DNA from: an uncultured Gammaproteobacteria bacterium | GTDB taxonomy: Bacteria > Pseudomonadota > Gammaproteobacteria > SZUA-140 | Reading direction: 5' to 3' | Assembly: GCA_947258425.1 (NCBI GenBank) | Contig: CAMYIG010000001.1 | Location: 866-64,865 of the forward strand | Length of the DNA stretch: 64,000 nucleotides | In this document: positions 20,301 through 29,254 of the stretch, in pieces | Layout of the letters: every line of letters begins with the position of its first letter | Numbering within the stretch: the stretch's first letter is position 1 | Notes under the pieces: generated by a model | Database searches by the model: none | Told to the model about the DNA's origin: nothing | The model's input: the letters and a program-made list of their open reading frames with translations, nothing else | Program-made: the position numbers and the translations under genes

Positions 20301-21503
20301 GGCCTGTGGTGCACCGGTAAACACCACCGGTTTCAGACTCTCAGAACCACTCTTACCCTGCGTTGAAAGCTCTCTCAAAATATCTACGCCAGTAAAATAG
20401 TTATGATCCAGGTCATTCCATAACTGCTGCTGCACCACTTTCGCCTCATCGAGAAAATGGGCCTTGTCACCAATATCGATATCCAGCAGGCTAAATGAAG
20501 CGGCCTCACCGACAATGTTGTTGACCTGAGGGTCGAGTGGAAAACGATTAAACTGAGGGATATTCAGACAGAAATTTCGACTTTGACTCCACATCGCAAT
20601 CACATAAGCGTATGCCGTTAGCAAAACCACAATGGGGGTGACACCACTTTGATTGCAGTGCTGTTTAATACTGTTCCAGCTAGTTGCGCCCAGTTTAAGG
20701 CCTAGCCGGGTAAAGCGTCCCTCGTCAACTTCCTGAGGTGTTTTGGCAAGCGGCAGATCTGGTGCTGCAGACATGCGATCAATGCGTTGCTTCCAGTAAT
20801 CGGCATCTGCTTTAAATTTACTTGATTTTTTTAACGCGCGCTCAGCAAATACATAATCTCTAAATGTCAGATTAAGCGGGGGCAATGGCTCATCAGGACG
20901 ATGATAAAGCTGCGCCCATTCGGTGAAAATCACCGTCAAACTCCAGCCATCTACAATCAGCGCATCGAAACCGATATGCAGCCGTAACAGTCCATCTCTC
21001 AATTGTGCCGCAGTAATGGTAAACAGTGGCCACTGGTCTGAAGGTAGCACCTGATGTGAAATATTGTATCGCAGCTCCGCCAACTTCTTCTCGCGCGCAC
21101 CTTCATCGTGCTGCGTAAGGTCGACATAATCTATTTTATAGTCGGGTGTCTCCTCTAAAATCCGCTGATCACCATCGCGACTGATCACAACCCGCATCAT
21201 TTCATGCCGCACTATAAGCTTACAAAACGCCTCATTTAAACGCGCATAGTCAAGTTCATCTTCAATTTCATGATAAGCATAGCCCGCGACTTTACCCATC
21301 TCAAATGCGCCACTGCGTCCAATCCAGTACGCCTGCTGAAGTTCAGTCAACGGAAAAGGATCATAACGCTGGGCAGGGTTCGCCGTGATTTTATCAGATG
21401 CGATGTCAATCTTTTCAGCCGCCTGCTTCTGCGCAAGCTTCTTGATTAATAAAGCTCGCTTTTCAGGAGTAAGCCCTTCTAGCCGTTTTTTAAGGTCTGT
21501 CAT
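17322..21503 (-). CDS. NRPS module Cy-A-T-Ox (heterocyclisation, Cys-like adenylation, PCP, C-terminal FMN oxidase; thiazole-forming)
   Basis: Cy1 FPLTELQQAYWIGR; Cy2 RHEMMRVV..DGDQ; the Cy signature DALIVDGWS (DxxxxD) replaces HHxxxDG. A-domain cores YVIYTSGSTGTPKGV, GGPTETT, YRTGDL, GRTDFQIKIQGQRIECGEVE, NGKVDRK. Specificity residues ~D-M-Y-N-F-G-V-L-W-K resemble the Cys code DLYNLSLIWK. PCP LISMGANSL. The C-terminal ~285 aa carry YLYSSPGGLYATQVY, a McbC/SagB-like nitroreductase-fold oxidase signature, arranged as in BlmIII. The basic N-terminal helix KKRLEGLTPEKRALLIKKLAQK is a possible docking element. Confidence 0.9.
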   Translation of the reverse strand: MTDLKKRLEGLTPEKRALLIKKLAQKQAAEKIDIASDKITANPAQRYDPFPLTELQQAYWIGRSGAFEMGKVAGYAYHEIEDELDYARLNEAFCKLIVRHEMMRVVISRDGDQRILEETPDYKIDYVDLTQHDEGAREKKLAELRYNISHQVLPSDQWPLFTITAAQLRDGLLRLHIGFDALIVDGWSLTVIFTEWAQLYHRPDEPLPPLNLTFRDYVFAERALKKSSKFKADADYWKQRIDRMSAAPDLPLAKTPQEVDEGRFTRLGLKLGATSWNSIKQHCNQSGVTPIVVLLTAYAYVIAMWSQSRNFCLNIPQFNRFPLDPQVNNIVGEAASFSLLDIDIGDKAHFLDEAKVVQQQLWNDLDHNYFTGVDILRELSTQGKSGSESLKPVVFTGAPQAPDGTSAYTVNAARLIGNVTFAVNQTPQVWLDNHIYEYKGVLGVDWDYVSELFPDGLQEDMGHAYIQLLEWLAADQSAWQASWLEITTRLLPESQKIRRAQVNDNQRDVPQGLLQDLFIAHAETAGDSDAVITTQRTLNYRELLGLANRWGRRLRELNAMPNKLVAIVMDKGWEQAVAAYGVLQSGAAYAPMDALQPSERLCKLLANSGVELVLTQSWLVDKINWPEGLTLLCVDSDDIAEYDDGPLAHLQTPDDLAYVIYTSGSTGTPKGVMLNHRGVVNAIVETNRCFNVGSDDRVLAVTALHHDMSIYDMFGMLGAGGSIVMPDPEERRDPAHWVDMMQKFRPTIWNSVPAMMDMLLCYVESHPGTAPDSLRTAFLGGDWIPLGLPARLKKETGAQLVSVGGPTETTLWNIWYPVEQIDPTWKSIPYGKPIANTRYYILDEALAPCPDWVAGEMCVAGIGVAMGYWQDEQKTAEKFVKHPETGERIYRTGDLGRYLPDGNIQFVGRTDFQIKIQGQRIECGEVEAALQQHESVISAVVTVAQTGKQRLLAYLVKAPGYAIDENKLREHLASRLPDYMVPAMFITLDELPLTRNGKVDRKSLPEPQDSPSESALSANNSEIVTQLNAMICELLSMDNLSNEANLISMGANSLDMVKIGNQLEKMFGFRPRMDEIFRLQSVNAIADYCRSNSAQDNKEKTVEDEGELSGVKALIASYQQLRDPAEREAFKNSQPGIRKNDEGKEFLQLKKPVDDEAFRKKYANRFSHRRFSLECIPFDQFSDFLSCFYQIEVDGKPKYLYSSPGGLYATQVYLHVKPGRIEGIPAGTYYYHPIEHRLVTLTKDAQISRAIHVPYVNTPIYDEAAFSLFFVTDLGAVAPSYGKYSTYLAKLETGIIAHLIDESAREHDLAVCQIGGANFDKVRALFDVEERHYFVHSLLGGAIYRNGENNVAIKEDVNSRVIGLIERIKQLSKGEVSDQLSARSLVEQKGVVK

Positions 21504-21641
21504 ATGCTATTAATTTTTTTATTGAATACTTTTTTAGCTTAATACCATCATCATAATCATCAGTTAAATACAGGATTTAAACCGAATACAACGACAGCGA
21601 TTATCACAATCAACATGCAAAAGTGAGGATAATATTCTTTA

Positions 21642-24600
21642 TCATTCGTCTTCAAGCTCACCCAATAGCGCAAGCAACTCATCTTCGTTTACATTCTCCA
21701 GCATCATCTGTTCAATCTTGCTGGAAAAATCGACCAATCGAGGCGAAAGAAAGATCGCTTGAAGTGGAATATCAATCGCAAAGTCCTGTCGGATGCGTGT
21801 AATCAACTGCACCGCGATCAACGAATGCCCGCCAATCTCGAAGAAATTATCGTACAACCCCACCTGCTTGAGCCCCAGTAACGCCTGTAAAATAGTAGCG
21901 ACCTGAATCTCAACTTCGCTAGCAGGTGCGACATATTCTGCCTGAGTATCAATATTCCCTTGCTCCGGCACTGGGAGTTTTTTACGATTAATTTTTCCAT
22001 TCGGTAATAATGGCAATCCCGCTAGCACGACGTAATTTACGGGCACCATAAATTCAGGTAAATGTTGTCCCAGATAGTTGCGTAGCGCATTGATATTGAT
22101 GTCAGTGCCTGTGTCTGGCACCACATACGCAACAAGCTTTTTATTCCCGGGCTCATCTTCTCGCAGTAGCACAAGCGCGTCATTCACTTCGGTATTCTCT
22201 AACAGAAGCTTCTCGATCTCACCCAGCTCAATCCGATAGCCATGTAGCTTGACCTGATGGTCGATGCGCCCCATGAACTCCAGCCGCCCATCACGACCCA
22301 TGCAGACCAGGTCGCCCGTTCGATACATACGGTCATTTAAATCACCACTCACACTGTTTTTTACAAACTTTTCAGCAGTGAGCTCGGGGCGATTCAGATA
22401 ACCCCGTACCACGCCGTCACCGGCAATTACCAGTTCACCCGGCACACCCAGCGGCTGAAGTTGCATATTGTTATCCAGCACATAGGTCTGTGTATTCGCA
22501 ATCGGGGAGCCCAATGGAATATCTGCGTCTGCCTCATGTAAATGATACGTGGTTGACCAGATCGTCGTCTCAGTCGGCCCGTACATATTCGTCACTTGAC
22601 CTTTCACCAATGAACGCAGCTTTACTGCCAACTGACTCGAAAAGGCTTCACCGCCCACCATCATATGAGACAAGCATCCCAGTGCGTGATGCATCTGCTG
22701 GTCTGATGCCAGCATATTGGCCATCGTTGGCGTACATTGAAAATGCGTGACGTTGTGTCGCTCGATAAGTGCAGCGATGGAATAATCCTTATCCGCCCCA
22801 TCAGACTGCGGCGGGTTAGCCGCCTCCTTCACCTGGCTTAGATAATGGAGGTGGGCCAGTACTTTTTCGGTCTCGATGCCAAAATCGATCAGACAACCGA
22901 TCTCATCCACCCCTATTTCCTTGAGTTGATCTGCACGTTCAACGCATCGTTCAACATTCCCAAAGAGCCCGCTGTGGTTATAATAGCGATCAAACGCGAA
23001 GGCCAGCAGGCTATCTCTATCCTCATCAGAAATATTATTAAAAAACTCATCCATGGTCTGCTCTGTACCCTCGGATACCTGCTTCCACGCCGGGCTATGC
23101 CACGCGGCCGCTTTCACCAGAGAAACTGCACTTTCCAGATAGTCCATCATCGGCTGCTGTGCAACATCACGCACCTGCGCCTCATCATCGCCGATGAAGG
23201 TGTGTAGCATTAATGTGACTTGCCCATCACCTGCATGACCGGCCTCTTTCCAGGCGCTACGATAGAGCCGAATATTCTCTGCCACCTTTTCAATATCCTG
23301 TCCGAGCAGGTGCGTCAGCACATGTGCACCAATTGATCCAGCCTGTCGGAAGGTGTCAGGATTCACCGCAACCGTTACCCAAATTGGTAACTTTTCCTGA
23401 ATAGGTCTAGGGTAGGTGCGGACTTCAACATCGCCTTTCGGCCCCGCAAACGTGACAGCCTCACCTTTCCATAATTGCTGGATAGTCTCAACGGAATCAA
23501 ACATGATCTCTTTTGCGCGCGCATGATTCTCAGGCTTGATCACAAAATCATTCGGCTGCCAGCCGGGCGCAATCGAAAGCCCCGCACGGCCATTGGAAAG
23601 GTTATCCACCACCGACCACTCTTCTGCGATGCGAATAGGGCTATGCAGTGGCACCACACAACTGCCCGCACGAATACCGATGTTTTGCGTAGTGGCCGCC
23701 AGTGCGGCACCGATGACTGAGGGGTTAGGGTACAGTCCGCCAAAGGCACCGAAATGTCGCTCAGGTGTCCATAGCGCTTCGAAGCCATTTTTGTCGGCGT
23801 ATTTAGCGCTTTCGAGCAGTAACTTATACTTATCTGCCTCGCGAGATGCCTCGTCTTTTACAAAATTCCAGTAAAAAAGACTAAAGGCAATCGGCTGAGC
23901 GGGGTATCGTGTCGCCACTTCCCCAGCCTTCAGGTCATCACCGGCGTAGAGCACCAGTTTAAACCCTCGACAGAGACTCCAGAAAATCTCAAGCACGGAG
24001 ATATCAAACGATATACTGGTCACAGCCAACCACACACCCGGGGAATCATGCGCAATGCGCTCATCCATGCCTGCGAAGAAATTCACCACATTACGGTGTT
24101 CGACCATCACCCCTTTGGGACGCCCGGTCGAGCCCGAAGTATATATCACATAAGCCAGACTCGATGACGCGCACGGGATTTCAAGATTATTATCGCTCTC
24201 GACATCGATTCGACTTCGCTCAAGATCAACCTGCAACAACTTTTCACCGGGCAGATAATTTGCGTAATCAGACTGGGTAACTACCAACGCCAGCTCTGCG
24301 TCATCGGCCATATAAACCAAACGATCTTTGGGATAAGTGGGATCCAGTGGCACATAGGCCGCGCCTGTTTTCCACGTTGCCAATAGCGCGATCACCATAT
24401 CAAAGGAACGATCCAACATCACACCGACCAGATCATCTACACCCACGCCATGTTTTACCAGATAGTGCGCCAGCTGATTTGCGCGAGCATTCAACTCATG
24501 ATAACTGAGGCTGTCATTGTGAAATGCCAGCGCGGATGTATCCGGTGTAGACACTACTTGTTGTTCAAACAGCTGAAATACACATCGATTTTCAGGGTAT

Positions 24601-27600
24601 GCAGTGGCAGTACCCGTGGCTATTTTTAATATGGCCTGTTGCTCTTCTCTCGGTAAAATCGGCACACTCGCTACCGGCGTATTGAGATCTTCAACCATGA
24701 CCTCCAGCACTTTTAGATAGTGCGCCAGCATACTTTCCATACGCGCTTGCGAGAAAAGGTCGGTGCAATATTCAAGTACCGCCTCCAGTCCAGAGGGACG
24801 CTCCCACATATAAAGGGTCATGTCATATTTTGAAGTACCACTATGAGTGTCCAGCTGTATCGTCCGCATGCCGGGAAGATTCATCACCGATTCATGCTCA
24901 AGCGCATCAAAAATAAACATCACCTGAAAAACCGGTGCATAACGTAAATCACGCTCTGGATTGAGCGCCTCAACCAATTTATCGAATGGCAATCCCTGAT
25001 GCGCAAAATCTGCAATGGTCGTCTTACGCACGCGGGCGATCAACTCTCTCAGTGAAACATCGCCTGATAGATCACAACATAAAGGGAGTGAGTTCATAAA
25101 CAGTCCGAGCATCGCTTCGGTCTCGAGCGGCTCGCGGTTCGCGACCGCAGTACCGACCACAAAATTCTCCTGTGATGAGTAGCGGTGGAGCAGTAATTGA
25201 TAGGCCGCCAACAGCAGCATAAATAGACTGGAACGCTCCTGTTGCGCAATGATATTAAGTCGCTGATGTAGCGCAGACGGTATCTTCAGGGTCACAGAAC
25301 TGCCATTAAATTGCTGCACGGACGAGCGTGGGAAATCAGTTGGTAACTCCAGTACCGGCGGCATCTGCTTTAACCGAGGCAGCCAGTAATCAATCTCCGC
25401 CTGAAGACGATCATCGGCCATATAAGTACTTTGCCAGGCAGTATAGTCAGCGTAATCGGCTGAGAGCTGAGGTAATTGCGGTTCAACGCCACTCACCATC
25501 GCACCATATACCTGCTCGAGCTCGCTTGCCAGCAGACGCACTGACCAGCCGTCAAACACGATGTGATGGATCACAAACGTCATCACATATTTTGATGGTG
25601 CCAGTTTGATAATATTGCAGCGCCACAACGGTCCCTGTTCGATATCGAACAGAGTGTGCGCCTCATTTGTGATCAACTTATCTATTTCCGCCTGCGGATC
25701 TGACGCCTGACTCAAGTCATGCATGAATACCGGCAAGTCGACCTGACCCGCTATCACCTGTGTCGGCGCGCCCCCTTTCACTGAAAACGTGGTACGCATT
25801 GAAGCGTGGCGCTTAACGATTACCGCCATCGCTTGTTTAAAGAGCTCGGGATCAAAATCACCATCGATCTTAAATGCATAAGGGATGTTATAGAGTGCGC
25901 CCACCTGCTCCATTTGCTCAAAAAACCAGATGCGACTCTGCATAAATGAAAGCGGGATATCGCCAGCATGTTCTTTTTTGTGTAGCACTGGTTGTGTCAC
26001 GGCCACATCCGTTACTGCCGATGACGAGATATATTTCGCAAGTTCAGCAATGGTGGGGGAGTTAAAGAGTGCAGTAATAGAAAGCTGCACACCGAACTCA
26101 CGCCGCAACCGGGCGACCATCTGCGCGGCCAGCAGGGAGTGGCCACCGGCATGAAAAAAATTAGCGTTCACACCTACTCTCTCTACACCCAAAAGGGCCT
26201 GCCATATCGCTGCGATCCTGGTTTCTGTATCGCCTGTCGGTGCAACATAATCACGATCTTCGAACAGGTCCGCGTACCGAGGATGGGGTAGCGCCTTTTT
26301 ATCCACCTTGCCATTCGCCGTTAAAGGAATCTCCGCAACAAAGACAAAATGCTGTGGAACCATATGGACAGGCAGACCATTGGCGACATAATCACGTAGT
26401 GCATCGACCTGTAGGCTGTCAGACTTTTTAACCACATACGCCACCAGGCGCTGGTCACCCACACCCAATTCAATGACATTCAATGCAACCTGCTTAACCT
26501 CGGGGTACGCAATGAGAAGCGATTCGATCTCACCAAGTTCTATTCTAAAGCCGCGCAATTGCACCTGGTCGTCAATTCGCCCTAGGTATTCCAGTTCATT
26601 ATTGGAGAGGCGGCGCGCTAAATCGCCAGTACGATACAGTCGGATGACAGTGCCGTTTTCTAACGTGTGGTTAATAAAACGTTCTGCGGTCAAGTCAGGC
26701 CGATTCAAATAGCCCTTCGATAGACCATCGCCGGCAACATACAGCTCCCCTTTCTGCCCATCGATAACAGGCTTCATCGCGTCATCAAAAAGATAGAGTT
26801 TCAGGTCTGGAATGGCCCGGCCAATCAGACTCCCCTTCGGGTGATCCACATCATCACGAGAAATGGGACGATACGTCACGTGCACGGTTGTTTCGGTGAT
26901 ACCGTACATATTAATCAATTGCGGGGCGTTGTCTCCGTGACGGGAAATCCACGGTTTTAAAGCGGCCAGGTTGAGCGCTTCACCGCCGAAGATCACATAA
27001 CGTAACGCCAGTGTATCTGCTGTGTGTCGCTCTTCATCCACCAGCTGTAGCTGCTGGAATGCTGAGGGGGTTTGATTCAGGACGGTGACCCCTTGCGATA
27101 TCAGCAGGGTATAAAACAATTCCGGGGTGCGTGCTGTTTCCGCTGACACAATCACCAGGCTGCCACCGTAGCTCAGCGCGCCCCAAATCTCCCACACAGA
27201 AAAATCAAAGGCATATGAGTGAAACAGGGTCCAGACATCATCCACACCAAAATCAAACCAGTGGTTAGTGGAATCAAAAAGCCGGGATACATTTTTATGA
27301 GTTACCTGCACTCCTTTGGGTGCCCCGGTAGAGCCCGAGGTATAGATGACATAGGCAAGGTGCTCGTCAGTCACCGCTACAGCAGGATTTTCTACTGTCG
27401 ATGAACCCTTCTCCATCGCATCAATCAATAAAATTTTAGCCGAACAGGCGGGTAAATTTTCGACCAGCGTCTGCTGCGTTACCAGTACAGCAGGTTTGGC
27501 ATCATTCAGGGTGTAGGCAATACGGGAAGCGGGGTAATTCGGGTCAACCGGCACATAGGCAGCGCCTGCCTTTAAAATACCCAAAATACCGATCACTGTA

Positions 27601-27815
27601 TCAAATGAGCGCGAAACACATAACCCAACCAGTGAACCCGGCGTGACCTCCTGTGTGATAAGCGCATTGGCGAGCTGGTTTGCCTGAGCATTAAGCTCAC
27701 CATAGGTAAGCTGGCGATCCTCCCAGATCAAGGCCGTCTTATCAGGATTACGTTGCGCATTGAGTTCAAAGCGCTGGTAACAGGTCGAAAGAGTAGTCAC
27801 ACAATCACCATTCAC
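21642..27815 (-). CDS. NRPS A(Thr)-T-C-A(Gly)[MOx]-T: loading module plus an elongation module whose A domain is interrupted by a luciferase-like monooxygenase
   Basis: A1 cores YVIYTSGSTGAPKGV, FDFS, NMYGITETT, YRTGDL, GRIDDQVQLRGFRIELGEIE, NGKVDKK; its Stachelhaus residues D-F-W-N-I-G-M-V-H-K match the Thr code exactly. T1 FFHAGGHSL. C-domain HHIVFDGWS. A2 cores YVIYTSGSTGRPKGV and FDIS, then a ~375-aa insert starting IAFSLFYWNF (bacterial luciferase-like monooxygenase), then NMYGPTETT, YRTGDL, GRIDHQVKLHGYRIELGEIE, NGKINRK. The A2 code D-I-L-Q-M-G-M-I-W-K is near the Gly code. T2 FFEIGGHSL. The acidic C-terminal tail EDELLALLGELEDE is a possible docking partner. Confidence 0.9.
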   Translation of the reverse strand: MNGDCVTTLSTCYQRFELNAQRNPDKTALIWEDRQLTYGELNAQANQLANALITQEVTPGSLVGLCVSRSFDTVIGILGILKAGAAYVPVDPNYPASRIAYTLNDAKPAVLVTQQTLVENLPACSAKILLIDAMEKGSSTVENPAVAVTDEHLAYVIYTSGSTGAPKGVQVTHKNVSRLFDSTNHWFDFGVDDVWTLFHSYAFDFSVWEIWGALSYGGSLVIVSAETARTPELFYTLLISQGVTVLNQTPSAFQQLQLVDEERHTADTLALRYVIFGGEALNLAALKPWISRHGDNAPQLINMYGITETTVHVTYRPISRDDVDHPKGSLIGRAIPDLKLYLFDDAMKPVIDGQKGELYVAGDGLSKGYLNRPDLTAERFINHTLENGTVIRLYRTGDLARRLSNNELEYLGRIDDQVQLRGFRIELGEIESLLIAYPEVKQVALNVIELGVGDQRLVAYVVKKSDSLQVDALRDYVANGLPVHMVPQHFVFVAEIPLTANGKVDKKALPHPRYADLFEDRDYVAPTGDTETRIAAIWQALLGVERVGVNANFFHAGGHSLLAAQMVARLRREFGVQLSITALFNSPTIAELAKYISSSAVTDVAVTQPVLHKKEHAGDIPLSFMQSRIWFFEQMEQVGALYNIPYAFKIDGDFDPELFKQAMAVIVKRHASMRTTFSVKGGAPTQVIAGQVDLPVFMHDLSQASDPQAEIDKLITNEAHTLFDIEQGPLWRCNIIKLAPSKYVMTFVIHHIVFDGWSVRLLASELEQVYGAMVSGVEPQLPQLSADYADYTAWQSTYMADDRLQAEIDYWLPRLKQMPPVLELPTDFPRSSVQQFNGSSVTLKIPSALHQRLNIIAQQERSSLFMLLLAAYQLLLHRYSSQENFVVGTAVANREPLETEAMLGLFMNSLPLCCDLSGDVSLRELIARVRKTTIADFAHQGLPFDKLVEALNPERDLRYAPVFQVMFIFDALEHESVMNLPGMRTIQLDTHSGTSKYDMTLYMWERPSGLEAVLEYCTDLFSQARMESMLAHYLKVLEVMVEDLNTPVASVPILPREEQQAILKIATGTATAYPENRCVFQLFEQQVVSTPDTSALAFHNDSLSYHELNARANQLAHYLVKHGVGVDDLVGVMLDRSFDMVIALLATWKTGAAYVPLDPTYPKDRLVYMADDAELALVVTQSDYANYLPGEKLLQVDLERSRIDVESDNNLEIPCASSSLAYVIYTSGSTGRPKGVMVEHRNVVNFFAGMDERIAHDSPGVWLAVTSISFDISVLEIFWSLCRGFKLVLYAGDDLKAGEVATRYPAQPIAFSLFYWNFVKDEASREADKYKLLLESAKYADKNGFEALWTPERHFGAFGGLYPNPSVIGAALAATTQNIGIRAGSCVVPLHSPIRIAEEWSVVDNLSNGRAGLSIAPGWQPNDFVIKPENHARAKEIMFDSVETIQQLWKGEAVTFAGPKGDVEVRTYPRPIQEKLPIWVTVAVNPDTFRQAGSIGAHVLTHLLGQDIEKVAENIRLYRSAWKEAGHAGDGQVTLMLHTFIGDDEAQVRDVAQQPMMDYLESAVSLVKAAAWHSPAWKQVSEGTEQTMDEFFNNISDEDRDSLLAFAFDRYYNHSGLFGNVERCVERADQLKEIGVDEIGCLIDFGIETEKVLAHLHYLSQVKEAANPPQSDGADKDYSIAALIERHNVTHFQCTPTMANMLASDQQMHHALGCLSHMMVGGEAFSSQLAVKLRSLVKGQVTNMYGPTETTIWSTTYHLHEADADIPLGSPIANTQTYVLDNNMQLQPLGVPGELVIAGDGVVRGYLNRPELTAEKFVKNSVSGDLNDRMYRTGDLVCMGRDGRLEFMGRIDHQVKLHGYRIELGEIEKLLLENTEVNDALVLLREDEPGNKKLVAYVVPDTGTDININALRNYLGQHLPEFMVPVNYVVLAGLPLLPNGKINRKKLPVPEQGNIDTQAEYVAPASEVEIQVATILQALLGLKQVGLYDNFFEIGGHSLIAVQLITRIRQDFAIDIPLQAIFLSPRLVDFSSKIEQMMLENVNEDELLALLGELEDE

Positions 27816-27882
27816 ATTTTTATATTAGCATTGATTTCAGCCTGTTTAAGTTCAGACCCTGTTGGACAACAAATAACATTAA

Positions 27883-28617
27883 TTAGTGCGGTGAGTTACT
27901 AGACCGCCAGAATGTCACGGCCTGTGACATCCCCTCAAATACATGAAATCCCGGATATTGTTCAACATTCCATGTATCATATTTTTCTAGCCAACCGACC
28001 GATGCAAGTACTTTATCGTGCACTGGTGTGACATACACCAGTCGAAAAGCACGAGGATTCTTATCCAGCGAGCAGCGAATCGCCGCAAGTACTTCTAACA
28101 CTGTAATTTCCCCAAAGGGGTTGAACATAAACACGACGGTTACATCGTCAAAATCATACGCCTGAGCCAACCCTTCACGAAGCTCGATGTCAGCCTTCCG
28201 CCCGCGCAATTTCTGAGCATTTAAACGCGCAATGGGTAAAAAACTGCTGTTATATTCAAGCCCAATCACGCGCCCAACGTCTGTTCGCGCAGCGACGCTG
28301 AGTGTTCGCCCTTTACCACATCCCAGATCGACAAAGACATCTCGAGCATCTAAAGCGAGATGTTTCATGATGTCATGCAACAACAGGTACGGCGTTGCTT
28401 CATAACGAAAGCCGTCCTGTGGCATACCGATATCAACGATTGCCTCGGTATTGATCCCTAAATAGCGCTCCCAAAACTTGTCATGGAGTCTTATTTCATA
28501 GGGTGCAGCCCCAATTGCCTCACCCTTTCTAAAAATATAACGCGCCAGAAGAACATCTTTGTTTTTGATAATGAATCTGGGTAACTTCACAAAAAGAAGT
28601 TTCAGCTGGTTTAACAA
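27883..28617 (-). CDS. Class I SAM-dependent methyltransferase
   Basis: Motif I VDLGCGKGRTL and a Rossmann-type fold order. 244 aa. Immediately upstream of the NRPS operon. Confidence 0.7.
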   Translation of the reverse strand: MLNQLKLLFVKLPRFIIKNKDVLLARYIFRKGEAIGAAPYEIRLHDKFWERYLGINTEAIVDIGMPQDGFRYEATPYLLLHDIMKHLALDARDVFVDLGCGKGRTLSVAARTDVGRVIGLEYNSSFLPIARLNAQKLRGRKADIELREGLAQAYDFDDVTVVFMFNPFGEITVLEVLAAIRCSLDKNPRAFRLVYVTPVHDKVLASVGWLEKYDTWNVEQYPGFHVFEGMSQAVTFWRSSNSPH

Positions 28618-29254
28618 TGCTTCCGCCTTATTTTTTCTGTTTTATAATTAACATGGTCGCATGATCACAGCCAGAAGTGGACATCACAATACCCATCTTT
28701 AAATAACTAAAATGACTCAAAATTGATTTCACCTCGGATAAACATTACTTTATGACACAGCAACGTGGCCCCAAAACTGGATAAAGTCACAAACATTCCC
28801 CATCATTCTATCGTCGACTCACTCATAAAGCTTTAAATATAGTGGGACAACAATTAAACTCACTACCCTTTATCTACAGTCAACGACAGTGAGGAGATAT
28901 CCCTGCCTCTGAACAATCGTAACCCATTATTCTCATGATGAATATAGGGGAATTACCTCTGGTGATTAAACTTAATTAAATCTACTGCAAACCAGTTAAA
29001 ACTGATTATTCGGATTCACAATATGATATGTACTGCCACGCTTCGCAACACATGAACAAACGATCATAAGATACCTGCCCATTTAAATAACTACTGCAAT
29101 ATATAATCTCACCAAATCCGGGGCAACGACCCCTAATTGATTATACCGCGATATCCCACTTTTTAATCAATACGATGCCCGATGAGTTAAGTAATTACCA
29201 TCTCAAGACATGCTATTATTGGCCGCTGACTAAACTGGTCTTAACCTTACAATA

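Noticed and set aside
13937-27404. Numerous 60-170-aa ORFs on both strands inside the NRPS genes (for example 14434..14955, 14706..15074, 18705..19184, 22845..23207, 23536..23874)
   Set aside because: They lie within, and out of frame with, NRPS coding sequence that has continuous conserved domain motifs. They have no RBS or motif support.
29031-29049. tgccacgcttcgcaa, a possible sigma-54-like element in the methyltransferase/FemAB intergenic region
   Set aside because: The -24 element reads TGCCAC (GC instead of the invariant GG) and the -12 element lacks TTGC, so it is not a credible RpoN site on either strand.
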